This document shows positions 51,301-64,000 of a DNA stretch of 64,000 bases, piece by piece. The DNA is from the human T2T-CHM13v2.0 reference genome, Homo sapiens: assembly GCF_009914755.1 (NCBI RefSeq), contig NC_060927.1; one strand, written 5' to 3'. Position 1 is the first letter of the stretch; each line of letters starts with the position of its first letter. The notes under the pieces are model-generated. The model was not told the DNA's origin. It ran no database searches and worked only from the letters and a program-made list of their open reading frames with translations. A program made the position numbers and the translations under genes.

Positions 51301-52362
51301 ACTCTCCCCTTTCCTTTCCTCAAGCAGAAGGAGCCTCTCCCCATAACCACCACAGGCTGGAATATGGTGGGTCACACCTGAAGCCTGTGTTGCTCTGAGT
51401 CTTACCCAAGGTTCATGGTGAGTACTGCCTTGCTACTACTGCTGATTATTCAGGGCCCAACGGCTCTTTAGTCAGCATGTGATAAATCCTGCCAGGACTG
51501 GGTCCTTCCCTTCAAGGCTGTGGGTTTCCTCTGGCCCAAGGTGTGTGTAGAAATGTGATCTGAGAGATAGGGCCTGGCATGGGGTCCTCAGGACACTGGC
51601 TGGCTTCCTCTTCTGCTGTAACTGGGCTGGTACCCAAGTTACAAAGTTTACTTTCTTCTCTTCTCTCCTCAAGCAGTAGAAAGGAGTCTCTTTTGGAGCC
51701 ATGATCTTCCCTGCATGAGGTTGGGGGAGAAGTGATGCCAGCATTCCCTTGGCCACTCCAGCTGGTGTCTCACTAGGCCATGTGCACCCCAAGTTCTCTG
51801 GCTCTGAGCCCTGCACCACAAGATTTGCCCAAGAATTGCAGTTCTTGTGGCTTAAACTGCCTTTCAAGTTTACTTAGTATTCCAGAGTACTTCAGCCCAT
51901 GGTGCTGGAGCTTACCAGAACTCAGCTTCTGACTGCTAGGATGGAAAATTTGCCTCTGGCTATGACTGGTCTAAATGCTCCCACTGTGGACACTGGCTGA
52001 GTTCTGCCCCATGATACTTTCTACTGTGACAGGGCAGCACTGAGTTCCCATGCAAAGTCCCACAATCACTGTGCTATCCCTGCCCCAACCACACAGATTC
52101 TCTCTCCATGCCATGTGGCTGCTGATGAGGGATGGGGTGGGGTGGTGTCAGCAATTCAAGGCCATCTTTTCTACCCTTTTCAGTGCCTCTTCCCTCTTCA
52201 GTGCCTCTTTCTTTAATATGACGTTAAAACCAAGTACTGTAATCAGTCACCTGATTTTTGGTTATTGTAAAGGTGATTTTTGTGTGACCACTTGTTCAAT
52301 TTGGTGATCCCCTCTGCAAGATAATTGTTGGAGGCTTCTATTTGACCATCTTGCTTTGCCAG
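48330..52362 (-). mobile_element. L1MA-type element 5' half: 5'UTR (about 2 kb with three internal subrepeats of about 300-360 bp), ORF1 and start of ORF2
   Basis: Collinear with 29030-32405; ends in the L1 5' terminus (ctatttgaccatcttg); subrepeat starts near 50761, 51058 and 51418. Confidence 0.9.
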
Positions 52363-55274
52363 TCCAAAATTAATGCACTTTGTAAACTGATTTTCTATGA
52401 AGAATAATACTCTGATTTATGCTACTGTAGTTTGGCATTTTCTGCATATCAAGTGACCAAGTTCATTAATTTCCTACTAAAAAAAGAGTGTTTTGCCCTT
52501 GTTTTGGAAAAAAAAGTATCAATTGGTTTAACAAAAACACTTAATTTGATGACTGTTTCATTTCTAAATGATGCTAAATATTCTGATAATTGGCTTCATG
52601 CCAGTGACTGACAGTCTTATACAAAGAAAAAATACCAGTCCAATAAAATACAATGTCCACATGTTGATTATTACATTTATGTGTTTACAGTCCATATTTG
52701 TGGGGGAAATAAATACATTCATCTTCAGCAACTTTCTTTGTCTATGCAGTACGTGGCCAGACTCATCTATCTGTTGTGATCTTGTAAATTTCCTTATTCC
52801 CCACTATCTTATCCTATCTTTTAAAAATTCTTATCTTTGGTTCCTAACACTAGCCTTAGGTCTTCCTAATACTAACCCCAGATTTTCTGAATCTGAAGTT
52901 TAGTGCAGTCTCTGTTACAATTTTGAAATCACCCCCTGTCACCAGAGAATCACAGATGAATGTGAAAATTCTAGCAGTCCTTGAGGGCAAGGCATCGGAG
53001 CCCATGTATTCTGTGAATCCTCCCCACTAAGGAAGGAGAATCAGATAACCTCCATTAGTGCTTTGGCTCATCTATATTCAGTTTTTTTGCACTACTTGAG
53101 GAGGTTCTTTTACACATGTTAAGTCCAAGCTGACTATAATAACATCGTTCCAACTAGTAACGTAACTACCACTCGCTTAATCTTTTGGGATACTTTTCCT
53201 GCATGTATTAGTTCATTTGAATCATGTCCTTGAAAAAGTCCTTCCTCTATGTTGATAACCCAGCTATTTCCAATCTCTTTTCCACCCTTCATAGTTTGTG
53301 GCATTTAAAAAATATAATGCAATAAATGTTCATCATAAAAAATCTACAGAATGTATAATGGTTTTTAAAATGAAGTAAATGTTTGTTATCTTAAAAAGGT
53401 AAATTTTATGTTACCTGCCTGTGTCATCCTTCTTATTGGCATGTCTATATCCTACCTGAAAAAAATACACGGAAGTTATCAAGCACTATACTTTACTCTT
53501 TTTGAACATCTCTGTTGTTATCTAGGTAGAAGTTGATACATCCACTCTTATTGCTAACATCTTTTCACTAGAATTTGGATTTAATTTATTTAAAGGCCTG
53601 AGGACAGAATAATCAATACAAAGTCCAATTGAAAAAGTTGTCAAGAACATGAGCAAGACAATATTTCTTTATCAGTCTACTTAATCACCCATCCTTATTG
53701 AGTGGACCAATTAGTTGGTCAAACCATTAATCAGTTCACTGAATTAAATTACTTTATCACACGGATGGACCAGGCAAGTCATTTAAGTAAGTGAACTAAG
53801 GGTAGGGAAGTGGAGAAACTATGGCAAATTACAGAAGGAAGGTTTCGTAGAAAGGGGGCAGAACCTCTCTATTCCTCCCGAGAAACTTGGAAACTAGGAT
53901 TTGTCATACATTTAGACTTGTTGAAAGTCAGAAATCTGATTTTTAAGCAAAATATCCAAATTTTAAGTTGGCAATAAATTTATAATTTATAAATTATGAC
54001 ACTTTCCAATGAATAAATGACCTATAGATCAGACATACCGATCAGACCACTGGTTTCTGACTCATGATTATAAACTATGTGGCAACCCTAAGTATCTTTT
54101 CCAATGCACAGAGTGAATGCACATTTTTCAACAATACCTACCTCCACAGGCACACAGACAATGTCATTATAAAGAATATATTTGACATGAAGAATAAGAT
54201 ATACATACAACTATGCATACATGCATATACATGTGTGTATATGGGGATGTGTATGCAATCCTTCCTTAGCCATAGCCAGAACTAGGAAAATAAAATGGTG
54301 CTACCAACAAAAATAAATCTGATTCTTACCACATAATCAACAAGCCTTCCAAAACCTCTTCATGTTCCAGAGGGTTCATAGGGTGTATCATATTCCAAAA
54401 CTTCTGATCACAATCTTTCAATCTTTAGTTTCATCAATTGTTCCTTCCCTTCTTGTCCCTTTTCTCATCAAAAGGCTATATCAGGTGATCCTTATCATGG
54501 AACCACCACAGCAGCCCAGGATTTCACACCATTCATCCTGACTCAATAAACTGAGGTGGAGCATGGGACTCTGCATTTTTAATAAACAACCTGTGTGGTT
54601 CTGAAGCAAGTGGTCCATCTATATATTTTGACAAATGCAGATATGTATTCCTTCCATTTCTAGCCCTATAGTACTCCCCACCTGTCTTCTTTCCTTGCTA
54701 CTTATTTATCTCACCCAGAAATCCATACGATCTTTCAATCCAAAGGCTCCCTCATATTTCCTCAATTCTGTAAAATTCTACCTATGAGCTCTATGTCTTT
54801 CCTCCATTTCTTTAATGCTGTGAAATCAAGTACTGCTCCCGAACTTCAGCTCACCTGTAGCAGGATCCTTCTGACCCAGATTATCTGCCTAAATTGCCAC
54901 TTTCCCCTTTTTGATATTATGCTCTCCCTATAATCAGAGTTATCTCTGATTGTGTACTTTTGGACTTCTCCTGAGATGAACAATGGGCTTATTCTCACAA
55001 CTATTTCTGTGGCCTATCCCAACCCCTGCCCTGTCCATTCAGGCCATCCAATCTCTCTCTGGGGCCAAGTCATACACATCCTGGCCCTTTAATAATGATA
55101 ATAATAATTTTTTAAAAACTTCCCTTTCCAGTTTTATAAGCTTAACGGCCCAGCAATACAGCTGATCTTGGTGATCAGCAGAATTAACAATCAGAGAAAG
55201 ACCTCAGGAAATAAAAGTGGTGAAGTTACGATTAACCATTACACGTTAAAAAAAAAAAAAAGAAGCTCAGTCTC

Positions 55275-56800
55275 ACTTCATTTATTCCTTTGACAAATAC
55301 AGATTGAGCACTTTGTCTAAAGGATACGCTACACTAGACACAATGACAAAGGAATGAGCAAAAGATATAAAGTTCCGTGTCCTCAAAAAGTTTGTATTCT
55401 AGTGAGAAGACAGATAATAATAAAATAATAAATATTTAGTCTTTCCTTCATAGCATCATCTATCATAGTATAGGTTATACAGAGTGACAAGGGAAAGGGT
55501 GGGGATAAAGAAAAGTGTAGAATTCCACATAGGATGGTCAGAGATGGCTTAGTGGCATGGTGGCCTATCAGCAACAACACAAGGAAGTGAGGGAGCAATC
55601 CATGAGGATACCAGAAGAAAGAGTTAGAGCAATCCATGAGGATACCAGAGGAAAGAGTTTTCCAGACAGAGGAAAGAGCAAATGCAAAAGTCCTGAGGCA
55701 AGAGTGTATTTGGTGACTGAGGAACAGCAAAGGAGGCCAATATGACAGGAGTGAAGTAAGCAAGGGAGAGATGAGAAGGAGACAGGGTCAGAGAGACAGC
55801 AGGGGCCAGATCATACAGAACCCTGTCAGCCATTGTAAGCACTTTGGATTTTATTCAGAGTGGGATGGGAAATATTTAAAGTCATCATTTTGACCAGTAG
55901 ATGACACAATGGGACATATTTAAATGGGAGTACTCTGGTGGGAGAGTAGGATAAGGACTGAAGGTGAGCAAAGATGGAAGCAAGGACTAATTAGGATAGT
56001 ATGGCAAAAATCCGGGAAAGAGATAATGGTGGCTTGAATCAGAGTGCTGGCAGTAGTGGTGGTGAAAGTGGTAAAATTCTGATATATTTTCAAGATAGAT
56101 CTGGCTGGATTTGCCAATGGATTAAATATGCAGTATGAGAAAAGAAAAATGTCAAAATGGCTCCAAATATTGACTTATGCAATTGACATGCTAGAGTTGC
56201 CTTTTATGTAATTGAGAAGCCTGGAGGAGAAGCAGAATTGAGTAAAAGAAAATAATTCAGTGTGGATATATTAAACTTGAGATAACCATTAGACATACAA
56301 ATAGAAATTTTCATGAACAATTGGGTTTACAGGCTGGATTTCAGAGAGATTTCAGCTGAAAATGTGAATTGGGTGCTATCATCACATAAATTATATGAAA
56401 AGCCAAAAGAATTAGATGAGCTTAACTGGTGTTGACCGAAAATAAAAGAGGTCCAAAGAATGAGCCCGTGAGTAATCCAACATTAAGAAAACAAAGAAAT
56501 GAAAGAGGAAGGTGGGGAAGAGAACCGGCAAAAGAGACGGGGAATGAGCAAACAGTGAGACAGAAGGGAAACTAGGAAAGAGTTGGTGACCTGGTGACCC
56601 AGAAGCCAATCAGAGAACATGCAAGAAAAAGGACACAATCAGTGAGATCCAATGGTGTTGAGAAGTCAAGTAAGATAAGGACCAAGAATTGACCCTTGCA
56701 CGGATCAATGTCATAGTCATTAGGGATTTTTATTAGAGATGCTTAAAAAAGGTGATAGAGACTAATACCTATTTGGTTTTAGTTGAAAAGAGAAAAAATA
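55275..56800 (-). mobile_element. L2a 3' region, with a 34-bp tandem duplication at 55593-55660
   Basis: ttcatttattcctttgacaaata...ggaaagagcaaatgcaaaagtcctgaggcaaga...gagataatggtggcttgaa; gagcaatccatgaggataccaga(a/g)gaaagagtt occurs twice. Confidence 0.88.
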
Positions 56801-57819
56801 TATAGGCAACACTTTGAGGACTAGTTACAACTTTATTGTAATTACAGCTTTGTTCCACACAACCTCCTTGAAATGTTGTGCATTCATTAAGGGTTCCAAA
56901 GCTGTATCAGAGAAAAGGTGGCCTTGACATACCGTCCATGGAACAGGATGGTTTTATAGGACTTAACACTGGGTGAAATGCAGAGCTGCAGAATAACTAC
57001 AGTCATTAGTGCATGAATATTTCGTAACCTTTAAGGAATTGAATTAAATTTAATACTTCCTGCAACTGCATTAGATGCAAGAAGAGAGGGCAGTCTATAA
57101 CTATTGCTTACTTTAATGAAATTACCTATAACCTGATTCTTTGCTAAAAGTAACAGCCAATTACTCTGTAATCCACATGTATCTTAGGTAACAGTAGGAG
57201 GAAATTACTACGTGATGTTCTCTTTGGTAACTTGAAACCAACGAAAGCATATTATCCTCAAAAAGTGTATAGACTCAGTACAATGTGTGAAGCAATGATG
57301 TATTGACATATAGATATTTTTCCCTTTAAAAGCCTCCAAATGTCAAATTTCATTTATCAACTCTTAAAGTGCCATGGAGAGTAAAATAGGAATACCTACA
57401 GACATAAAATATGTTCTTTCATTAAGAATGTGAAAGAAGTCATTACTGCTTCCTATTAAATAACCATATGCTTTGTGGCTTACAGAAAAGAACAGTAGGC
57501 TCCTTATGCTCTCTCTGAAAATCTGAGCCCCTTCAAAGAGTTATTAGGTTGGTAGAGAAAAACCATCCATTAAACTCCTAAGAAGAGGGAGTATTGCTCA
57601 AATTGATTATTTTCTGTCATGACTGTCTTTTTCTCTTTCCTCTAATTGTTCTACAAAACTGAATTTAAGGATAAACTCTTTAATCATAAGGATACTTAGG
57701 TCCCATACCCCTATTATCTCCAGAAAAATATATATAAGGAAAAGGCTTGAAGATATAGTTGCTAAATATCAACCTACCAAAAGGTAGGAGAGTACTAATT
57801 ATATACCATGTTCTGCACT

Positions 57820-57975
57820 GTTTACTTTTATGTCTAGAATTTCATTATATTCCTCCCCAAACTTTACAAGTTAAATGTAATAGGCACTATTCTAAAAACA
57901 AGGAAGCTGAAGCTCACAGAGATTAAATGATCATCCAGTAACATACAGCTACTAAGACAGAGGAGTGGTAGTTTT
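57820..57975 (-). mobile_element. MIR remnant
   Basis: caaggaagctgaagctcacagagattaaatga...acatacagctactaag. Confidence 0.6.
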
Positions 57976-59609
57976 GATACATAAATGAGAAAACTTTGAT
58001 TTACATGTCCATGAGTACGAGAAAGGATTTTTAAAAATTAAGCTGAGCACAGTACTATAGAATTCTACGTCATCATGGCTGAGAGAAAACGTACCTGCTT
58101 TAATTCAGGAGACATATTTTGCTTTGAGTGAAAGGACATTACCAAATACTAAATACTAAATCATTCTGTTCTATTGAACCATGACCAGTGTTCTTTCTCC
58201 GAGTTTAGGTAAATAAAAATTAGAATTAGAGACTAAGGAAGAGATAACCAGAATCTCTCCACAAAATAAGATTAAGTTTATCAAGGCAGCCATCCCTATT
58301 TTTATTAGTCAAACTCCAAGATAAAAGCCCCAATGCTCTCTTGCCCCAGAAAGTTGATTCTTGAGCACATCATCCATACAGATGCTGCATGTTCTTACAC
58401 TTGAGTTCCCTGCTTCCTCCTGCCTTCCGAGACCTTCACTCTGCCCTCTAGAGCACCAGCAACTATGTTCAACCTCTTCTCTGATGTTCTACTTTCTTGC
58501 CTTAAAAGCTCAGCTCTCTCCTCACATGTGATTCCTTCTATAGCTCTCAAAATAATGGATCTTTAGTCTGTGTACAGCATGTACGTCAGGGTTTAGTAGA
58601 GAGATTGTTATCCTCCTGCCTCCCAAATGCTGCTCACACTCACTACTCACACTCTTGTAGAAAATTCTGTCCCTCTGAGACTCATTCATTCATTTATGCC
58701 TTAACTCATTCAATAGATACTTAAAGAGCTAGTGTTGAGTGTCAATAGTTTTTTTTAAGCTCTAGGGATATGAAAGACATTATGTGACTTGATCATCCAC
58801 TTTCCCTCCCAGCTGCAGTCATTATAAACTTCTAGATCATGGTGTATCACTCAGAGAAGGTTTTGACATCTAGCTTACAGTCTTGCTCTCCACCTCATAT
58901 TTGTTTACAGGACAAGTTTTCTTCCCTCTGGGGAAGGAAAAGAAGGCAGATAACCTGGTCTAATTTCCTCTTCAAATGGACCTCTGGGTAAATAGACTAA
59001 TATTTGCTAGTAGTCTTTATATATACAAAGGCCTTAGCAAGATGTCTTTGGTTAAGGATTACTGATAATAAATAAATCTAATATCAGTTATGTGAGGCAT
59101 GGCTGCCTGGAGAATGTCAGGCAACTTGTATAATTATCAGCATTATAGAATTAGCCACATAAATACACTCTGCTATGTGAGGTAATTATCTCCTCACTTG
59201 GAGGTCCCATTTTTTACCCAGAACCAGAGAGCACAAAAGCAACAAAGGAAGAAAGTGCCAGTGTAACCATGTGAGATGTCTCAGACACCTCTCTTATTTG
59301 TCTCTGTTTCTTGATTGCCTACATCCCTGAATTATTTGGAAAGCTGGACATGGAGTATGATATCAGATATATATGAGTCTAATTTGACAATTCAATCCTG
59401 GTTTTAGCTAAGGCTCCCACCTCTATCATTCCATACGCATACACAGAATTCCTCATTAAATTTAATTTACCAGTTACCATCTTGTTGTCAAAACTACTGG
59501 GCATTCACAGTCATCTTACACGACCCATAACCTCTCCATTTTACTCAACACTGATGACTACGCCCTTCTGTCTGGAAAATATAATTCCTCGGCCTCTCTG
59601 CCAAATATA

Positions 59610-60428
59610 AACAGTTGAATTATTGCCTTCAATGCTTCACACTGCCCTGCATCTGTACCTTCCCCACAGTCTCAACATGGTCAGAGTATATTTCCATACC
59701 TCCTAGACTTTCGGTTTCTCTAAGTGTCTACTTTGGCCATGGAATGAATTATTTGGAAATGACAGTGCATCAGTTCCAATCTAGCAACTTATTCTCTTGT
59801 ATTCATACTTCTGTCAAGGAAACACACTCCAGCTGGCCCTGTCTTACGGAGAGATACACAAAGCAGAACCTCAGCAGCCAACTCCAAGATTTTCATTCAA
59901 AGTAGAGCCACCCCAGTCATCACAGCCTGAAGCAGAGCTATCTAGCCACAGATTGGCCATATACCCCAGCCAAATTATAAGCATAAATGATGGTTCTTTT
60001 AACCATGGATTTTGGGGCTGATGTGTGTATTTCCACAGACTGACATAAAATACCACAGACTGGGTGATTTAAACAATATAAATTTATATTTCCCCAATTC
60101 TGAAGGCTAAAGATTCAAGATTAAGGTATTAACAGGTTTATCTGAAAATTGCAGATGGCTGCCTTCTGACTGCATCCTCTTGTGTTTTTTTCTTTGTGTA
60201 TATGCATTTCTGGTGTCTCTTTGTGTGTCCAAATGTTATTGTCTTATAAGGACACCAGTCAACTGTCTAATTTTAACTTAATAACCTCTTTAAAGGATTT
60301 ATCTCCAAACACAGTCACATTCTGAGGTACTGTCATTTAGGGCTTCAGCATATGAATTTTGGAAGGACACAAGTCAGCACATAACATTATGTTACATGGC
60401 ATTATTATGACAATAACTGACTGGTACA
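59610..60428 (+). mobile_element. Old MLT1 LTR interrupted by an antisense MLT1A-like LTR (about 60022-60385)
   Basis: Outer: actttggccatggaatg...ataaatgatggttcttttaaccatggattttgggg / ttacatggcattattatgacaataactgactggtaca. Inner: aaaataccacagactgggtgatttaaacaa...gggcttcagcatatgaattttggaaggacaca..cataaca. Confidence 0.78.
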
Positions 60429-60552
60429 CGACAATCATCTGGCTTCTTCTACTTCTCTGACCTTTTCTTTTATTTCCTCTGCTTAGCCATTTAAATGTAA
60501 GAGACCTCAAGACTCTATCTTAGGCCCCTCTTTCACACTATACTGTAACTCC

Positions 60553-60780
60553 AGGCCTGATATTCAACAGGAGGAGGTTTTTCCCCTCACCCCACCCAGG
60601 GACATTTGGCAATATCTGGAGACATTTTTGATGATCACAGCTGGGGAAGGTGTACTACTGACATCTAGGGGAGACAGCTGGGATCCTGCTATAAGATGCA
60701 CAATGCACAGAGTAGCTCCCCTACAACAAAGTATTAACCAGCCCAAAATGTCAATGGTGCAGAGATTAAGAAACCCTCTT
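60553..60780 (+). mobile_element. MER20 hAT MITE
   Basis: cagggacatttggcaatatctggagacatttttg...cagcccaaaatgtcaatggtgcagagattaagaaaccct. Confidence 0.9.
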
Positions 60781-61380
60781 CTAGGCACTTACATCGAAGT
60801 TGTAGGCTCCACGCCATTGGCAATAGATTCACATCTCTGGCCCTGATATCTGAGTTTCAAACACACTTATCGTATTTAACCTCCCTTACTTGGATAATTC
60901 AAAAGCACTTCAAACTCAAATTATCCCAAAACAAACTTGTGGTTTTCCCTCCAGATATTGGTTCTCTTACTTGGTATTTCAGCTTAGCAAATTGTGTTCA
61001 TCCAGAAACTCAGGAGCCAATAACTCCCTTTCCTCTAACCTATAAAGTTCATCAACCTGAGCTAATTTACTTTCTAAATATATCTTTGGTTCATCCATTT
61101 CTTTCATTTCCATTGAGAGTAACTTTTCTCCTCTAAGCTGTCATTTGTCTCTCCCTTGGAATGATGTCATTCAGTTTGCCAATTAGCAATCAAATGATTA
61201 CTCTCAAAATTATTGAGCATTCTCTTTATAAAATACAAATATAAACATGACACTTCACTGATTCAAAACAAACAAACAGAAAACATTCTCCATTGTTCTT
61301 AAAGACTGAAATCCTTAATGTTGCCTAAAAGTAAAATATCCATAAAATGTATTGTCAAAACCAGTACACTTTTAAGAGGA

Positions 61381-61396
61381 GTGTGTGCGTGCATGA

Positions 61397-61433
<37 letters not shown>
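61381..61433. repeat. (GT)n microsatellite within L2-like sequence (about 60780-61710)
   Basis: Direct observation. Confidence 0.9.
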
Positions 61434-61434
<1 letters not shown>

Positions 61435-61719
61435 GGTGGGGAAATATTAAAAATTATTCCAAGGCAAATGTAAACAGGGACTGTCCCTGTTTACATTTGC
61501 ATACCCTGTTGCTACTTGCATACCCTGTTGATAAGTCCTTTGTTGCTTCAGCCCTGCCTGCCTCTCAAAATTCATCTCATATTATTTTCCTTTCCCTTTT
61601 GACTTTCCAGATAAATTGGACTTTATATGATGCTATCTTCTATGTGCCTCTTATGTGCCATATTCCTTCTACCTCAGTGGTTTTACATGTTTTTCACTCT
61701 GCATAGAAATTTCTCACCC

Positions 61720-62404
61720 CCAAATGTAAATTAGTACAGTCACTATGGAGAACAGTTTGAAAGTTCCTCAGAAAACTGAAAATAGAGCTACCATATGATC
61801 CAGCAATCCTACCTTTAAGGTACATACTCAACAGGAAGAAAATTAGTATATTGAAGAGATACCTGCACTCCAGTGTTTGCTGTAGCACTGTATACAATAG
61901 CTAAGATTTGGAAGCAACCTAAGCATCCATCAACAGATGAAAGGATAAAGAAAATGATGTACATATACACAATGGAGTCCTATTCAGCCATAAAAAAAAG
62001 AGAGAGAGAATGAGATCCTGTCGTTTGCAACAACATGAATGGAACTGGGGGACATTAAGTTATGTGAGATAAGCCAGGCACAGAAAGAAAAACATCACAT
62101 GTTCTCACTTAAAAAAAAAAAAAAAGAATTGAACTAATGGAGATAGGAGAAAGACAATCATCAACATGGGGGAGGGAGTAGGTATGGTTAATTGGTACAA
62201 AAAATATATAAAGAATAAATGAAAATTAGTATTTGATAGTGCAACAGGGTAATTATAGTCAATACTAATTGCACATTTAAAAATAACTAAAAGAGTATAA
62301 TTAAATTATTTGTAACACAAAGGATAAACGTTTGAGGTGATGGATATCCCATTTACCTTGAAGTGATTATTACACATTGCATGCCCATATCAAAATATCT
62401 CTTG
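61720..62404 (+). mobile_element. L1MA 3' fragment, cut by the L1PA insertion to its right
   Basis: atgtaaattagtacagtcactatggagaacag...tttgaggtgatggatatcccatttacc...tatcaaaatatctc. Confidence 0.88.

Positions 62405-64000
<1,596 letters not shown>

Noticed and set aside
50760-51600. Tandem subrepeats of about 300-360 bp
   Set aside because: They are also present in the paralogous 5'UTR at 31730-32400, so they are an intrinsic feature of this L1M 5'UTR type.
52568-52903. 111-aa hydrophobic ORF and similar short ORFs in unique or AT-rich DNA
   Set aside because: No recognisable domain or exon structure; composition is typical of random AT-rich frames.

Overview
Primate (human-like), AT-rich and CpG-poor window with no intact protein-coding gene that I can support. 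About 60% (my rough tally) is LINE-1 of many ages (L1PA, L1PB, L1MA/MB/MC/ME), plus L2, MIR, one AluS, MaLR LTRs (THE1, MST, MLT1) and hAT MITEs (MER1B, MER20). Almost every ORF in the track is decayed L1 or chance. The main non-repeat element is a minus-strand pseudogene copy of the B-cell inhibitory receptor gene FCRL4 (about 43.1-45.7 kb). It covers the TM exon, the cytoplasmic exons and the long 3'UTR. Several exon junctions are spliced, but intron 3' stubs are retained, and the tail has an extra C-terminal tyrosine motif. Retrotransposition footprints include a full-length L1PA8-class element that appears to have 3'-transduced an older L1 end (one shared TSD), a twin-primed L1PB1, and a complex L1MA junction holding a CpG-rich foreign filler. 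ORF0-homologous frames occur in two L1 5'UTRs, and there are weak candidate exons in the unique DNA. Repeat subfamily names and the FCRL4 comparison come from memory of consensus sequences and need RepeatMasker/BLAST confirmation. I found no convincing wholly new biological system.
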